From: Octopus sinensis
Taxonomy: Eukaryota
Direction of reading: 5' to 3'
NCBI RefSeq assembly: GCF_006345805.1
Contig: NW_021826241.1
Coordinates: 1 to 34,585, forward strand
Length of the DNA stretch: 34,585 nucleotides
Part shown: piece by piece, positions 22,279 through 34,585 of the stretch
Layout of the letters: each line of letters starts with the position of its first letter
Numbering within the stretch: the first letter of the stretch is position 1
Program-made: the position numbers and the translations under genes
Notes under the pieces: model-generated
What the model was told of the DNA's origin: nothing
Database searches by the model: none
The model's input: the letters and a program-made list of their open reading frames with translations, nothing else

Positions 22279-22290
22279 TAAATGATAATG

Positions 22291-22345
<55 letters not shown>

Positions 22346-22362
22346 TAATAATAATAATAATA

Positions 22363-22415
<53 letters not shown>

Positions 22416-22526
22416 GATGATGATGATGATGATGATGATGATAATGATGATTTCTTTCATTTGCTAGGGCGAAGGCTGAAGGGGACAATAATGATAATAA
22501 TAATAACAATAATCGTAATAATAATA

Positions 22527-22558
<32 letters not shown>

Positions 22559-22583
22559 AATGATGATAATAATAATAATAATG

Positions 22584-22640
<57 letters not shown>
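22279..22640. repeat. (AAT)/(GAT)n microsatellites
   Basis: Directly visible. Confidence 0.95.
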
Positions 22641-23121
22641 TGTTTTGTCTTGGTATAAAAGATGGGCTACAGCAAATATTCTGCTCAATACCACAGATTT
22701 GCTTGTCAGTTGTTTGACTTTAACCAGTTGAGCATGTCCCTTAGTGGCTGACGATATGTGCATCTCTGATCACGAGCAGAAGTAGTGGGGGAGCATCATA
22801 GCCATGTGTTGAGAGGGATTCTTTGGGGTTTGAATAATTCACCTCTGGAAACATGGGTGGTTCTTTCAACATCCTTAAACAACCCTTATTCAGGGACCTT
22901 TTGAGCGGGATGGGCTACTCAACCTGAAGAAAATTCTAACTGGGCCCCACCTGCAAGGTCATGTGCTGTTGATCTTGATATGAGATCACCATGTCGCGCA
23001 CATATGCTTGTGATGCATGTGCCTGGTGTACCCTTATCAGACGGGTAGTCATGATGGGTATATTGGGCTTCGTATATTTTACCCCAGTGTCACTTTGATG
23101 GCATGCACTGCTCTCTCACAC

Positions 23122-23181
<60 letters not shown>

Positions 23182-23621
23182 TGCTCAATACCACAGATTT
23201 GCTTGTCAGTTGCTTGACCTTAACCAGTTGAGCATGTCCCTTAGTGGCTGACGATATGTGCATCTCTGATCACGAGCAGAAGTAGTTGGGGAGCATCATA
23301 GCCATGTGTTGAGAGGGATTCTTTGGGGTTTGAATAATTCACCTCTGGAAACATGGGTGGTTCTTTCAACATCCTTAAACAACCCTTATTCAGGGACCTT
23401 TTGAGCGGGATGGGCTACTCAACCTGAAGAAAATTCTAACTGGGCCCCACCTGCAAGGTCATGTGCTGTTGATCTTGATATGAGATCACCATGTCGCGCA
23501 CATATGCTTGTGATGCATGTGCCTGGTGTACCCTTATCAGACGGGTAGTCATGATGGGTATATTGGGCTTCGTATATTTTACTCCAGTGTCACTTTGATG
23601 GCATGCACTGCTCTCTCACAC

Positions 23622-23664
<43 letters not shown>
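22641..23664 (+). mobile_element. Two tandem copies (period 500 bp) of an (AAT)n-tailed retroposon 3' end
   Basis: 22682-23121 vs 23182-23621 differ at four positions by eye; each copy is followed by (AAT)n. Confidence 0.85.
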
Positions 23665-23667
<3 letters not shown>

Positions 23668-24215
23668 GGAATATAAGAGACGTCAAGACACTATAGCCAG
23701 GCTTGTCCATTGGACACTTTGCAACAAGTATGGACTTGACTGAGCAAAAAATTGGTAAGATCACAAACCTGAAGACAATGTGGAAAATAGAAATGCAAAG
23801 ATCTTATGTGATTTTATGATTCAGTACGATCATGAGATTGAGAATAGGAAACAAACTATGCTGGATCATAGACATAGCATGTCCAGCTGATAACAAGATG
23901 TGCGATAAGGAAGAAAGAAAAGTCGAGAGATATGACAGGTTAGCTTGGGAAGTTAAGCAGTTGTGGTCGATGAAAAAGGTAGCAGTAGTACCAATAGCTG
24001 TCGGAGCCCTGGGAACAGTGAGAAAAAATCTCGAGAAGTAGGTGGAACAAATAGGGGCTGAAAAAAGGGTGGAGCACTTGCAGAAAACAGCACTGCTTGG
24101 AACCGCTCGAATACTCCGGAAGGTGCTCGACAAAATAAGAGGTATTTCCTTAGTTCACTGATTGTGAACATCTGACGATGTAGTACTTCTATAGTGTTAG
24201 AAGCTGTGCAAAGGC
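23665..24215 (+). mobile_element. R4/Dong-clade non-LTR retrotransposon, restriction-like endonuclease end
   Basis: ENRNAKILCDFMIQYDHEIENRK..CWIIDIACPAD..KEERKVERYDRLAWEVKQLW..VVPIAVGALG..LQKTALLGTARILRKVL; flanked by (AAT)n. Confidence 0.88.
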
Positions 24216-24219
24216 AATA

Positions 24220-24262
<43 letters not shown>

Positions 24263-24294
24263 TAATAATAATAATAATGATGATGATGATGATA

Positions 24295-24335
<41 letters not shown>

Positions 24336-24362
24336 AATAATAATAATAATAATAATAATAAT

Positions 24363-24408
<46 letters not shown>

Positions 24409-25126
24409 GCTGATCAAGCTAATGCGATTAGAAGAAAGTGGATGACAGAATTAGAGGTAGTAGAGATCACAAGAGCACTGGGAAATTGAGAAGGAGTACA
24501 TCAGAGAAGTGAGGAAGCTAATGAACTTAAAGCTAAATGGTTCGAATCTAGTGAAGGCTGTAGATACTTAGTATCATTACTTAGGTACTCAGCAGCTTTT
24601 GTAGATTGGACAAAAACTGAACTAGTAAAGCTAGACGGAAGAATTAGGAAGGAATTCAATAGTAATGGAGGACTCCACCCAAGGGCAGGAGTAGCAACGT
24701 TATACCTACCTAGAAAGGAAGGCGGAAGAGGGCTAATATCAGTAAAAGACTGCATAGAGTTTGCTAGAGTAGATATAGACTCCTATGTAGGTAATAGCGA
24801 AGAATGTTTATTAAAAGCTGCTAGAGTCATAGCAAGACATAGGGAAACCAAAAAACCCAAACGAAGTTAAAAACCAGAAAAAAGAACAATTTATCTGACT
24901 GGCAGGAGGAGGCGTTGCATGGTAGATTCCCAAAGATAGTCGTAACAAGTAGTAGTAAAGTTTGTTAGTAGCTGCACAAGATCAAACATTAAGGACTAAT
25001 CGGATAAAAGCCAAGATTGGCAAAAACCAATTAGATAGACAAAAACCAATTAGACAAAAACCAAATGTAGATTATGCAAATCAAAAGAAGAAAGCATTGC
25101 TCACATAGTGAATGTAGCATGCTGGC

Positions 25127-25773
25127 ACGCCCAGTGCGTCATGCTGCCAACAAAGCACGCGGAGTTCTGTTTTTGATTCGACGGTCATTCGGAATGCTCA
25201 CAGCAGCCATATTCCTACCGCTCTATGTCACGCTGATGAGACCCATACTGGAGTACGGGATTCAAGCCTCTTCTCCTTATCTCCTCAAAGACATACATCA
25301 TCTCGAAAGAGTCCAGAAGCTGGCTACCCACATGGTACTTTGTCTCAAGCATTTGTCTTATGAAGAAAGGCTGAAGACGCTCGACCTTTATTCTCTAGAA
25401 AAAAGACGACGCCGTGGTGATCTCATTCTTGCTCACAACATCATAAGCGGAAAGTGTACCCTCTCGAAAGAGCTGTTCTTCACTCCTGCTCCAGAGCGTC
25501 AGCTGCGGGGTCATTCCGAAAAGCTCTATCTGCGACGATTTCATCTCAATCGAAGGAGAGGGGCTTTCTCCGTCCGGGTTGCGGATCCGTGGAATAAACT
25601 GCCGGACGAGATAGTGAAGATGCCGACGACCGCTCGGTTCAAAGTCTCCCTTGACCACAAATGGCGTGAACTCTTTGTATGAACACCACCCTGTACATAA
25701 CTCCAAGTCCCCCTACATGGCCTTGGTTTTGTTTTTTGAGCCAAAAAATTAACTTAACTAACTTAACTTAACT
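25127..25773 (+). mobile_element. CR1-clade LINE, 5'-truncated ORF2 C-terminus with (TAACT)-type tail
   Basis: ORF 25074-25682: AANKARGVL..LYVTLMRPILEYG..LERVQKLAT..SYEERLKTLDLYSLEKRRRRGDLI..RGHSEKL..FSVRVADPWNKLP; tail at 25749-25773. Confidence 0.92.
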
Positions 25774-25841
25774 ATATGACAATTTAGGGAGAGTTATCCA
25801 CTTAGAGCTATATAGCAAGTTAGGTTTTTAACATACTCATA

Positions 25842-26230
25842 TGGATGGAAGCACTCCGTCGGTTACGACGATGAGGGTTCTGGTTGATCCGATCAACGGA
25901 ACAGCCTGCTCGTGAAATTAACGTGTAAGTGGCTGAGCACTCCACAGACACGTGTACCCTTAACGTAGTTCTCGGGCATATTCAGCGTGACACAGAGAGT
26001 GACAAGGCCGGCCCTTTGAAATACAGGTACAACAGAAACAGGAAGTAAGAGTGAGAGAAAGTTGTGGTGAAAGAGTACAGCAGGGATCACCACCATCCCC
26101 TGCCGGAGCCTCGTGGAGCTTTAGGTGTTTTCGCTCAATAAACACTCACAACGCCCGGTCTGGGAATCGAAACCGCGATCCTACGACCGCGAGTCCGCTG
26201 CCCTAACCACTGGGCCATTGCGCCTCCATT
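25842..26230 (-). mobile_element. SINE family C, full length, 11-bp TSD
   Basis: acatactcata at 25831-25841 and 26231-26241. Confidence 0.93.
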
Positions 26231-26699
26231 ACATACTCATAAATGGTATGAACATTAATTTAGTAAAGAGCTAGAAAGTAAGAAATATAAGATGTTGTGG
26301 GCCTTCAACAGTCAGACAGACAGAGTAATATAAGCTAGAAGGCCTAAATTGGTAGTAGTACATAAAGAGAGTAGAAAGTGCCAGATAATTGACTTTATGT
26401 CCCAAATGATGAAAAAATTAATAAGAGAAGTATAGAAAAATATCAAAATACCAGGACCTAACTATTTAATTACAGAGACTATGGAAAGAGCGGGTAAAAT
26501 GCATCCCAGTAGTTATAGGTGCATTGGGAACTATCAGTAAAGATCTCAACAGATGGACAGAGGAAATAGGCATAAAACCCAGTTTAGTACAGCTCCAGAA
26601 AACAGTGTTGTTAAGGGACAGCTAGTATACTTAAAAGGATTATTGGCATCTAAGGTTACTTGTGGTAGCCCAATGTTAGGTAGACCGGTAGCAATGCCA

Positions 26700-28400
26700 G
26701 GCCAGAGATTTTTGGAAATTATCCATCGGCTCCGAGCTGAAGATTCTCCGGAAAAGAGCGGCCAGCTGATCTTCTTCTAGGCCCAAGGTCTCTCCAAGAA
26801 TGTTGTTGCACCTTTCCTTCATTAATCCACAATAAAAAGCTAATGTGGACGTTCCACCTATCAAACTGTCCGATTGGCTGATGGTTGTGAGCACTTGAAA
26901 ACATTCAACTTTCCAAATGCTTCCACTTGGTATCTTTTTTACCTAGGACTGCAGCTCCGTTAAAGAATTTAGCTGCGGAAATACGTGTCTGGAAAACGGC
27001 GACCACATCTGTTCACCGTCAAGGAAGCACTGGAGATGTCGTAGCGTCAGCGCATGTCAGGGCATCATCAACCACAGCATGCCCAGGCTACCACGCAGCG
27101 GGTGCTGAAAGCAGATAGACTGCCTGACCATCGAAACGCGTTCCTTCTACAAGAAGCAGAAGAGTATACGCTCCCGCGTAATCAGGACAAGGTACGACAG
27201 TCAAGTGATAGAAGATGACGGACGCGATATACGTGTTAGCTACTTCTGCCTGACCTTTCAGGGATAGCTTTCTCTCGGCCCATTTCTCTTTACTTCGTCC
27301 CAGTTTTTGTCCATCTGGAGGTCCGGACCGAACCAGATACCGAGCAATTTAACTGCTCCGTCCGTCCAGTGCGCAACGACGCAGTTGGACGGCATGGACT
27401 GGCTTTTCCAGGTGCCGAGCCGCAAGCCCACTGATTTTTCCTGGTTAATTGTCGCTCCTGAAACTCCATCGTAGTCCCCGAGAGTGGTGTTGATCATTTC
27501 TATGTGTTTATGGTCCGACACCACTACGGTGACATCGCAGTTATATGCCGACACGCATCTTCTACATCCTAGTTCACGCGGGATGCCTCTCAAAGCCTCC
27601 AGTTTGTGTAGTAATGGCTCGAGAGTCAGTTCATACAAGAGACGAGAGGGGGCAACCCTGCCGGACTGAGTGCATGATGTTGAACGGCTCTGAGAGGCTC
27701 ACTGAGCATTGCAGCGATCCAGCCCCTGAATACAGGCCCGAAACCAGCTACTCTGAGGACCGCCACCACGTATAGATACTATCGATAGCTTTAGAGTAAT
27801 CTAAATTGATCAGAGCTCCACCCGTGTCAGGTTTTTTAGCCACTTTGTCAATGATGTATCGTATGAGGTGGAGATTGTCGTGGATAGATCTTTTCGGGAT
27901 AGCACATGTCTGTGCCTCCCCTAATATATCCCCGATGACAAGCACACACCTCGTAGCTAACTTCTTGGCCCAAATTTTGAACCAAAGTTGTGGGCATAAA
28001 GTTGTCAATATAATCTCCCTTGTTCGAATCTTTTCTCAACAACATCACCACTCCACGGCTCAAAAAACTGAAAACTCTCCCATTATATTGTCATTTGCAG
28101 TAAACGTTTACAAAGAGGTTGCCGAACATGTTTGGCATGTAAGCGTAAAGCTCGTTGGGCAGACCATCCAAAGAAGGTGATTTACCCCTCGTGTAGCTAG
28201 CCATTGCTTTCCGTATTTCAAAGGCTGTGATAAACCTTTCGCAGTGCTCTGCCTCCATCGCCGAGAGCCGCGCCAGGCTGTCGAGATAGGTGTGAAATCC
28301 ATCCAGCGACCTGGCTCCTCGCTGCTCCAAACAATTCAGCAAATTGATCCTGGAAAATCGTCCTTATTGCAAGATCCAGATTTTTCCAACCCATCACGGT
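26700..28400 (-). mobile_element. Tx1/L1-clade LINE reverse transcriptase, pseudogenised
   Basis: GKSPSLDGLPNELY; GVVMLLRKD..KGD; KIWAKKLATR..QTCAIPKRSIHDNLHLIRYII..GALINLDYSKAID; LYELTLEPLL; SAYNCD (degenerate YADD); SGATINQEKS; VKLLGIWF. Multiple frameshifts. Confidence 0.9.
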
Positions 28401-28487
28401 GACTCCGCCTTCTGCTCCCAGACAACTTGGAGATGCGTAGCATATGACCTAAAGATAGTAAAAATGTTTCGGAAAAATTCTCCTCAT

Positions 28488-28842
28488 GAGTGGCTGTGTG
28501 GTAAGTAGCTTGCTTACCAATTACATGGTCCCGGGTTCAGTCTCACTGTGCGGCACCTTGGGAAAGTGTCTTCTATAGCTTCGAGCCGACCAAAGCCTTG
28601 TGAGTGGATTTGGTAGACGGAAACTAGAAGAAGCCCGTCGTATATGTATATATATATGTGTATGTATGTGTGTGTATATATTTGTGTCTGTCCCCCCAAC
28701 ATCGCTTGACAACTGATGCTGGTGTGTTTACGTCCCAGTAACTTAGCGGTTCGGTAAAATGGACCAATAGAATAAGTACTAGGCTTACAAAGAATAGGTG
28801 ATGCTCCAGCATGGACGCAGTCAAATGACTGAAATGAATGAA
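28488..28842 (+). mobile_element. SINE family A, near full length
   Basis: Matches 3213-3620. Confidence 0.88.
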
Positions 28843-29619
28843 AAAAAACTGCAGTTTTAGTTTGTTTTGAATTAGCTGCATGTGTATATTATAATCATCG
28901 TTATCGGGATTGTTTATATAAGGAGATATCTGAGTGTCTTGTGGATGTAGTTACGATTATGGCTGAGATGTCTTCGCAGCATTATAGCCCCCGGGCAAAT
29001 TAATGCGCTGGGCCCTGCAGTATTTATTTACTGAGAACAAGCTACAAAATACGTAGCCCGGGATAGGATCGCCTGACCTGTGAGGCTACTGTTTAATGAG
29101 GCCCAGACCTTAAGATAATGGCGCTGTCCAAGATTTCGGCATTTTGTTTACATTTAGATCGCTCTCTTCCATAGCAGTTTTGTCCAGTTTTGAACATCTT
29201 TTACATTTCGATGGACATCAAAGGAGTTAGAACAACATTAAAACATCTCTGATTATAAATTTTCGGACGACGAATGATACACATTGACGAAGCAACATCA
29301 TTGTGAAGAGGTTTCAGTTTACGTAGATTTTTCGTTTTACGTCCCTGTTTTTCTCAAATCGATGCATATTGCAGGTAGAAGGAAAGAATCACAGTTTCAT
29401 TTATTTATTGCACCGGAACATTTCTTTATTGAAATCGAAAGAGCACGTGAAGAAAAAAACAACACACAAAAAAAAAAAACCTCACGGCGTCTTCATTACC
29501 TTACCTTATTTGGTAAGTACAGTAAGTGTTGATATTGTTGTTATCGGTGTCAACTTTGATCATTAAAGTAAGACTGTATGTGTTAGGAATTCTCTTTTAT
29601 CTACTAATTAATCTATAGA

Positions 29620-30400
<781 letters not shown>

Positions 30401-30462
30401 AAGTTTATAAGAATAGTGAAAAGAAGTAGTGTGTGTGTGGTGGGGGGGGGGGAATATTGCTG

Positions 30463-30653
30463 TTGATGGCGATGAGGCCGACGACAACGATGATGACGAC
30501 GGCGACGGTAATATGAGGATAATGACGATAAAGGTGTTAATGGCAGTGACGATGACGCTTATGATGATGACGATGATGGTGGTGGTGGTGGTAGTGGTGA
30601 TGATGATGATGACGGTGGTAATGGTGGTGACAACGACGACGACGACGATGACA

Positions 30654-30707
<54 letters not shown>

Positions 30708-30727
30708 TGATGATGATGATGATGACA

Positions 30728-30761
<34 letters not shown>

Positions 30762-30841
30762 CAAGAATGATGATGACGATGATGATGATGATGATGATGA
30801 TGACAAGAATGATGATGATGATGATGATGATGATGACAAGA

Positions 30842-30896
<55 letters not shown>

Positions 30897-31195
30897 CGAC
30901 GATGATGACAAGAATGATGCCGATGCTGATGATGACGACGATGACGGTGATAATGATGAAGGTAATGAGAATTATGAAGTTTTTTTTTTTTTATGACGGT
31001 AGTGGTAGTTATGGAGGAAGCGAAGTATCTGGAGATGTTGTCATTGATGACGACGGCGAATAACTGATGATGATGAAAGTAATCTGCCATAACTATTGTT
31101 TAAATATTTTTGGTGAGGTAGGATACCATTCAGGTGTGTGTGTGTGTGTGTGTGTGTGAGTGTGTGTGTGTATGCGCGCACGCGTACATATGAAT

Positions 31196-31247
<52 letters not shown>

Positions 31248-31394
31248 TTTGTGGAGTTTTATGGCGACAGAGTGGTGAGAGGAATAAAGAGAACATTTAG
31301 AGATGTGACAATAGAAAACATGCAATGTAACGATGTGGGAGAGAGAGGGAGAGAGAGAATAGTAGTAGTAGTAGTCGTCGTCGTCGTCGTCGTC

Positions 31395-31437
<43 letters not shown>

Positions 31438-31626
31438 AAAAACAATAGCTGCAACAACAACAACAAAAAAGGGACAAGAAGAACAACAATCATGATATCA
31501 AAAATTAAGAAGGGAAAACGAGAAGCGAGAAGCTGGAGACGTGGGAAAGGGACCAGGCAAAGATGAAGAGAGAAAGAGGGGAGATGGAAAATTTAAAAGT
31601 ACAGAATGTGAAGAAGGATGGTGATA

Positions 31627-31657
<31 letters not shown>

Positions 31658-31860
31658 CGACGACGACGACGACGACGACGATGATGACGATGATGACGAC
31701 GACGACGGCGATGATGATGATAATGATGATGATGATGACGACGACGACGTTGATGATGACGACGACGACGACGATGATGATGATGAAGATGACGATGATG
31801 ATGATAAAGAGGGTGTGGAGGTGGAGAAGGAGGAGGTGAAGAGAGAAAAATCAAAGGAGC
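30463..31860. repeat. GAT/GAC/TG/GTA microsatellite field, including (gat)n-gacaagaat higher-order units at ~30730-30916
   Basis: Directly visible. Confidence 0.92.
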
Positions 31861-32407
31861 ATCAACAACGACAAAAATGAAGCTGAAGGCAGATAAAAAA
31901 AAAACAAGGAAAATAAGGACAGGTGAAGTGACTGAAAAAGTAGGAAAAGAAGGTAAAAAGAAAATGACAAGAGGAGGGTGGAAAAACGGAAACAGGGAAG
32001 AAAAACGAAAAGAAGCTGAAAAAGAGATATGAGAATGGCAAGATGAAATCTATAAGGAAAAATGTTGAATTAAAAATGAAAGAGTAATTTGGAGAGTGAG
32101 TCATGCAACAGCAGATAAACACAAGTTGCAAATATGTTTGTTGCATAGGGTGACGTCAAGTGAAGGAGTTTATTTAGGTCTATAGAGATATACTGTTTCC
32201 AGTTGAGAAACGGGAAAAACAACAAAAGTCAAATGGACGTGCACGGAATATATTTTAGATTGACGCCCAGAGAAAGTTTAAGAGTGAAAAAAAAAAAGAG
32301 TGGGTGTGACGTTTTGGAGTATGGTCCTTCATCAGAAGGAGGAAAGGGGAAAAAGTCCAGGCAGAAAGAAAAGAATACCGAGAAAAGCACGTGTGCTCTT
32401 TACATGG

Positions 32408-32522
<115 letters not shown>

Positions 32523-32567
32523 CTTACACACACGTGTATGTGTGCTTGCATGTATGTGTAAATAGAA

Positions 32568-32598
<31 letters not shown>

Positions 32599-32848
32599 AA
32601 AAAATAGAGATGGTTGTCTGCTCAATACACAGCTTGACCACTTCTATATACACGATGGTCAGTTCTGGCATGAAGACTTATGAAACGTTTTAGACCAGAA
32701 ATACTTTATACATATATCGTATTCTTAATATATTGGAAAGGGAGTAATTGTCCTGATACGATATATATCTATCTATCCCCCAAAAGAAAAGCTCTACCTT
32801 GTAACTTGTCCCATCTGTGTGCAGCCCTGTGTGGCCAATAAAGAAACT

Positions 32849-32894
<46 letters not shown>

Positions 32895-33276
32895 TATCGT
32901 CCTGAACTTCTACGGATTCTACCTGTCCCCTCTCATCACCCACGAACTTCTACTGGACTTTCTACATTTCAGCTGCACCTCTCCTGCCTATGGATTACAC
33001 TGGACTCCTCTGTTGATGAAATATCGCTCCAATACACCACAACGTCTGAAGCTTTTGAACCTTTTGAACTTTTCGCAACTTTTTTTTATACTTTCTAAGC
33101 TTTGTTGCCATGATAGATCGCTAGCTACTACGCATTCTTTATTTTCTCTCCGTGTTTCTTTCTGTGTTCCTTTCTGTGGAAGAGCGTAGGGTCGAAACGT
33201 TAAGACTTTTGCACTTCCCGAACGTTATACTAATTGTTACATCACCTGTATTCGTCTTTATCTTTTCGTGAATTCT

Positions 33277-33336
<60 letters not shown>

Positions 33337-33384
33337 GGAGAATTCACGAAAAAAATAAAGACGAATACAGGTGATGTAAACAAT
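32895..33384 (+). mobile_element. Penelope-like terminal fragment with a degenerate hammerhead motif and an inverted end duplication across (TA)n
   Basis: ttt-CTGTGGA-a-gagcgtagggtc-GAAA-cgt-t-aag at 33171-33204; inverted arms 33233-33278 / 33337-33384. Confidence 0.6.
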
Positions 33385-33403
33385 ATATATATGGAAACAT
33401 ATA

Positions 33404-33445
<42 letters not shown>

Positions 33446-33485
33446 GATATATATTATATATATATATACATACATACATATATAT

Positions 33486-33535
<50 letters not shown>

Positions 33536-33546
33536 GTATATATATA

Positions 33547-33900
33547 GAGGAAAAAGCAAAACCAAGCAGAACGAGAATATCAAGTAGTAGTTAGCATGTC
33601 CACGCTCTGGGTATTCCGTCATCAGAGACAACGTATGAATATTTTTGACAGGGAGAATTTATATTTTACAAAGAATAAAATATATTCACAGTTTATAAGG
33701 AATAAAATAGAAGAATAAAAAGTAAAGGTAGTTATAAGAATATAGGCAGGAGAATAATGTTCACAATTAATCTTTTTCCAGAGGACATGGATATTGGTGG
33801 GTACCTCTATGAAGGTACAGGTCCCAAGTTAAAATACCAGGTAAACTCAGACGGTATTTTGGTAGTATTTTGAGTGAGGTATTCATATTGAAGCGATAGA
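33547..33900 (-). mobile_element. Possible second Penelope-like end converging on the same (TA)n field
   Basis: Minus strand tgtct-CTGATGA-cggaataccc-agag-cgt-ggaca (33596-33630), followed by a T-rich tail into (TA)n. Confidence 0.35.
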
Positions 33901-34585
33901 TAGTATGTAAATGTGTATATAGAGCGAAAAATTAAGATGGGTATAAATGGGTTTTGTGAGTGGGTGTATATGGAAGAGAGAAGAGAAAGGGAGAGAGAAA
34001 GAGGAGAAAGAGAGAAAGAGAGAGAGAGGGGAGAGAGGGATAAAAATAAAATAGAGGTAAAGGTAAAAATACGAATAAAAATAAATAAGGGAGATTAGTA
34101 TTGAATATGATGATGATGAAGATGAGGAGGAGGAGGAGGGTGATGAGGATGATGGTTACTAAGGTTACTTGACTAGCATCAGAAACTAAGGTTATTTAGG
34201 GGAAACAAAATGAAATGGTTTACATAAATGAAAATCGTGTCATTCCTGAGAGTTTAGAATCTACGTTTATACCTGGCTTTCTTTCTCTTTACTCACTGAA
34301 TTCTGATTTGTATTTTTAAATGTCAAATAGCATTTAAAGAAATTTCGTAGAAAACCTCTCCAAATTACGACAATATGCAACCAAGAATTTTACATCTACT
34401 CACGCACATTCTCACGATTATTAGCAAATTCCTGTTCCATAGTTTTGCACACAATTGTTTCGTCCAAAGTCTTGATATGATTCTGAGCAACCGCTTCACG
34501 ATTCCTCCACTCGTAAGAGATTTTCAGTAGGATCCCTGGTACACGAAGCCACTGTATTTGAAGCTTTACACTAGTAATACACAAA

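Larger units (their letters stand above)
13025..22280 (+). pseudogene. Candidate endogenous viral element: decayed L polymerase gene of a negative-strand RNA virus (Mononegavirales/Haploviricotina-like), fragmented by SINEs and microsatellites
   Basis: Hand translation gives motif-like strings in L-protein order: LGIFK (14726-14740), FISRLSNN*WQNF (to 14916), DKELEL then frameshifted QTRMF (15629-15665), FVLALNCYHFGSK (15849-15887), CSNIC..FRSQINRSRHKLHPW (19681-19776), WW (19876-19881), LHRF (19993-20004), TGTLYAYCSL..LDGEGS*HF (22011-22094). Outer boundaries are approximate. Confidence 0.6.
24409..26695 (+). mobile_element. Second decayed R4/Dong-clade element (RT thumb, CCHC knuckle, RLE), interrupted by CR1 and SINE insertions
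   Basis: LRYSAAFVDWTKTEL..LHPRAGVATLYLPRKEGGRGLISVKDC; AAQDQTLRT; KCRLCKSKEESIAHI/SECSMLA; KWYEH; KMLWAFNSQTDRVI*ARRPK; IPVVIGALG; LQKTVLLRTASILK. Confidence 0.88.

Noticed and set aside
25074-25682. Host protein-coding gene
   Set aside because: It is a 5'-truncated CR1 ORF2 C-terminus with a start borrowed from the surrounding Dong element.
28960-29560. Possible DNA-transposon MITE remnants
   Set aside because: Only vague terminal similarity; no convincing TIR pair or TSD could be defined.

Overview
Eukaryotic, gene-poor, repeat-saturated DNA. The mix of tRNA-derived SINEs, AT/AAT/CAT microsatellites and R4/Dong, CR1, RTE and Tx1 LINE debris suggests a coleoid cephalopod, probably Octopus (inferred, not verified). 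No intact host protein gene, RNA gene or CRISPR array is supported, and almost all ORFs in the track are microsatellite translations. Two things stand out. (1) The non-repetitive AT-rich pieces between ~13.0 and ~22.3 kb, read on the + strand with SINEs and microsatellites removed, give collinear, stop- and frameshift-ridden matches to a negative-strand RNA virus L protein (RdRp pre-A/A, PRNTase GxxT/W/HR, methyltransferase TG..Y and GEGSG). This is a candidate ancient endogenous viral element. (2) Several short elements abutting (TA)n tracts carry minimal type-I hammerhead-ribozyme-like motifs, often inside long inverted or terminal repeats (Penelope pLTR/retrozyme-like), including a ~190-bp palindrome with one motif on each strand. 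Protein comparisons were made by eye from remembered motifs and need database confirmation. SINE family labels A-D are my own.
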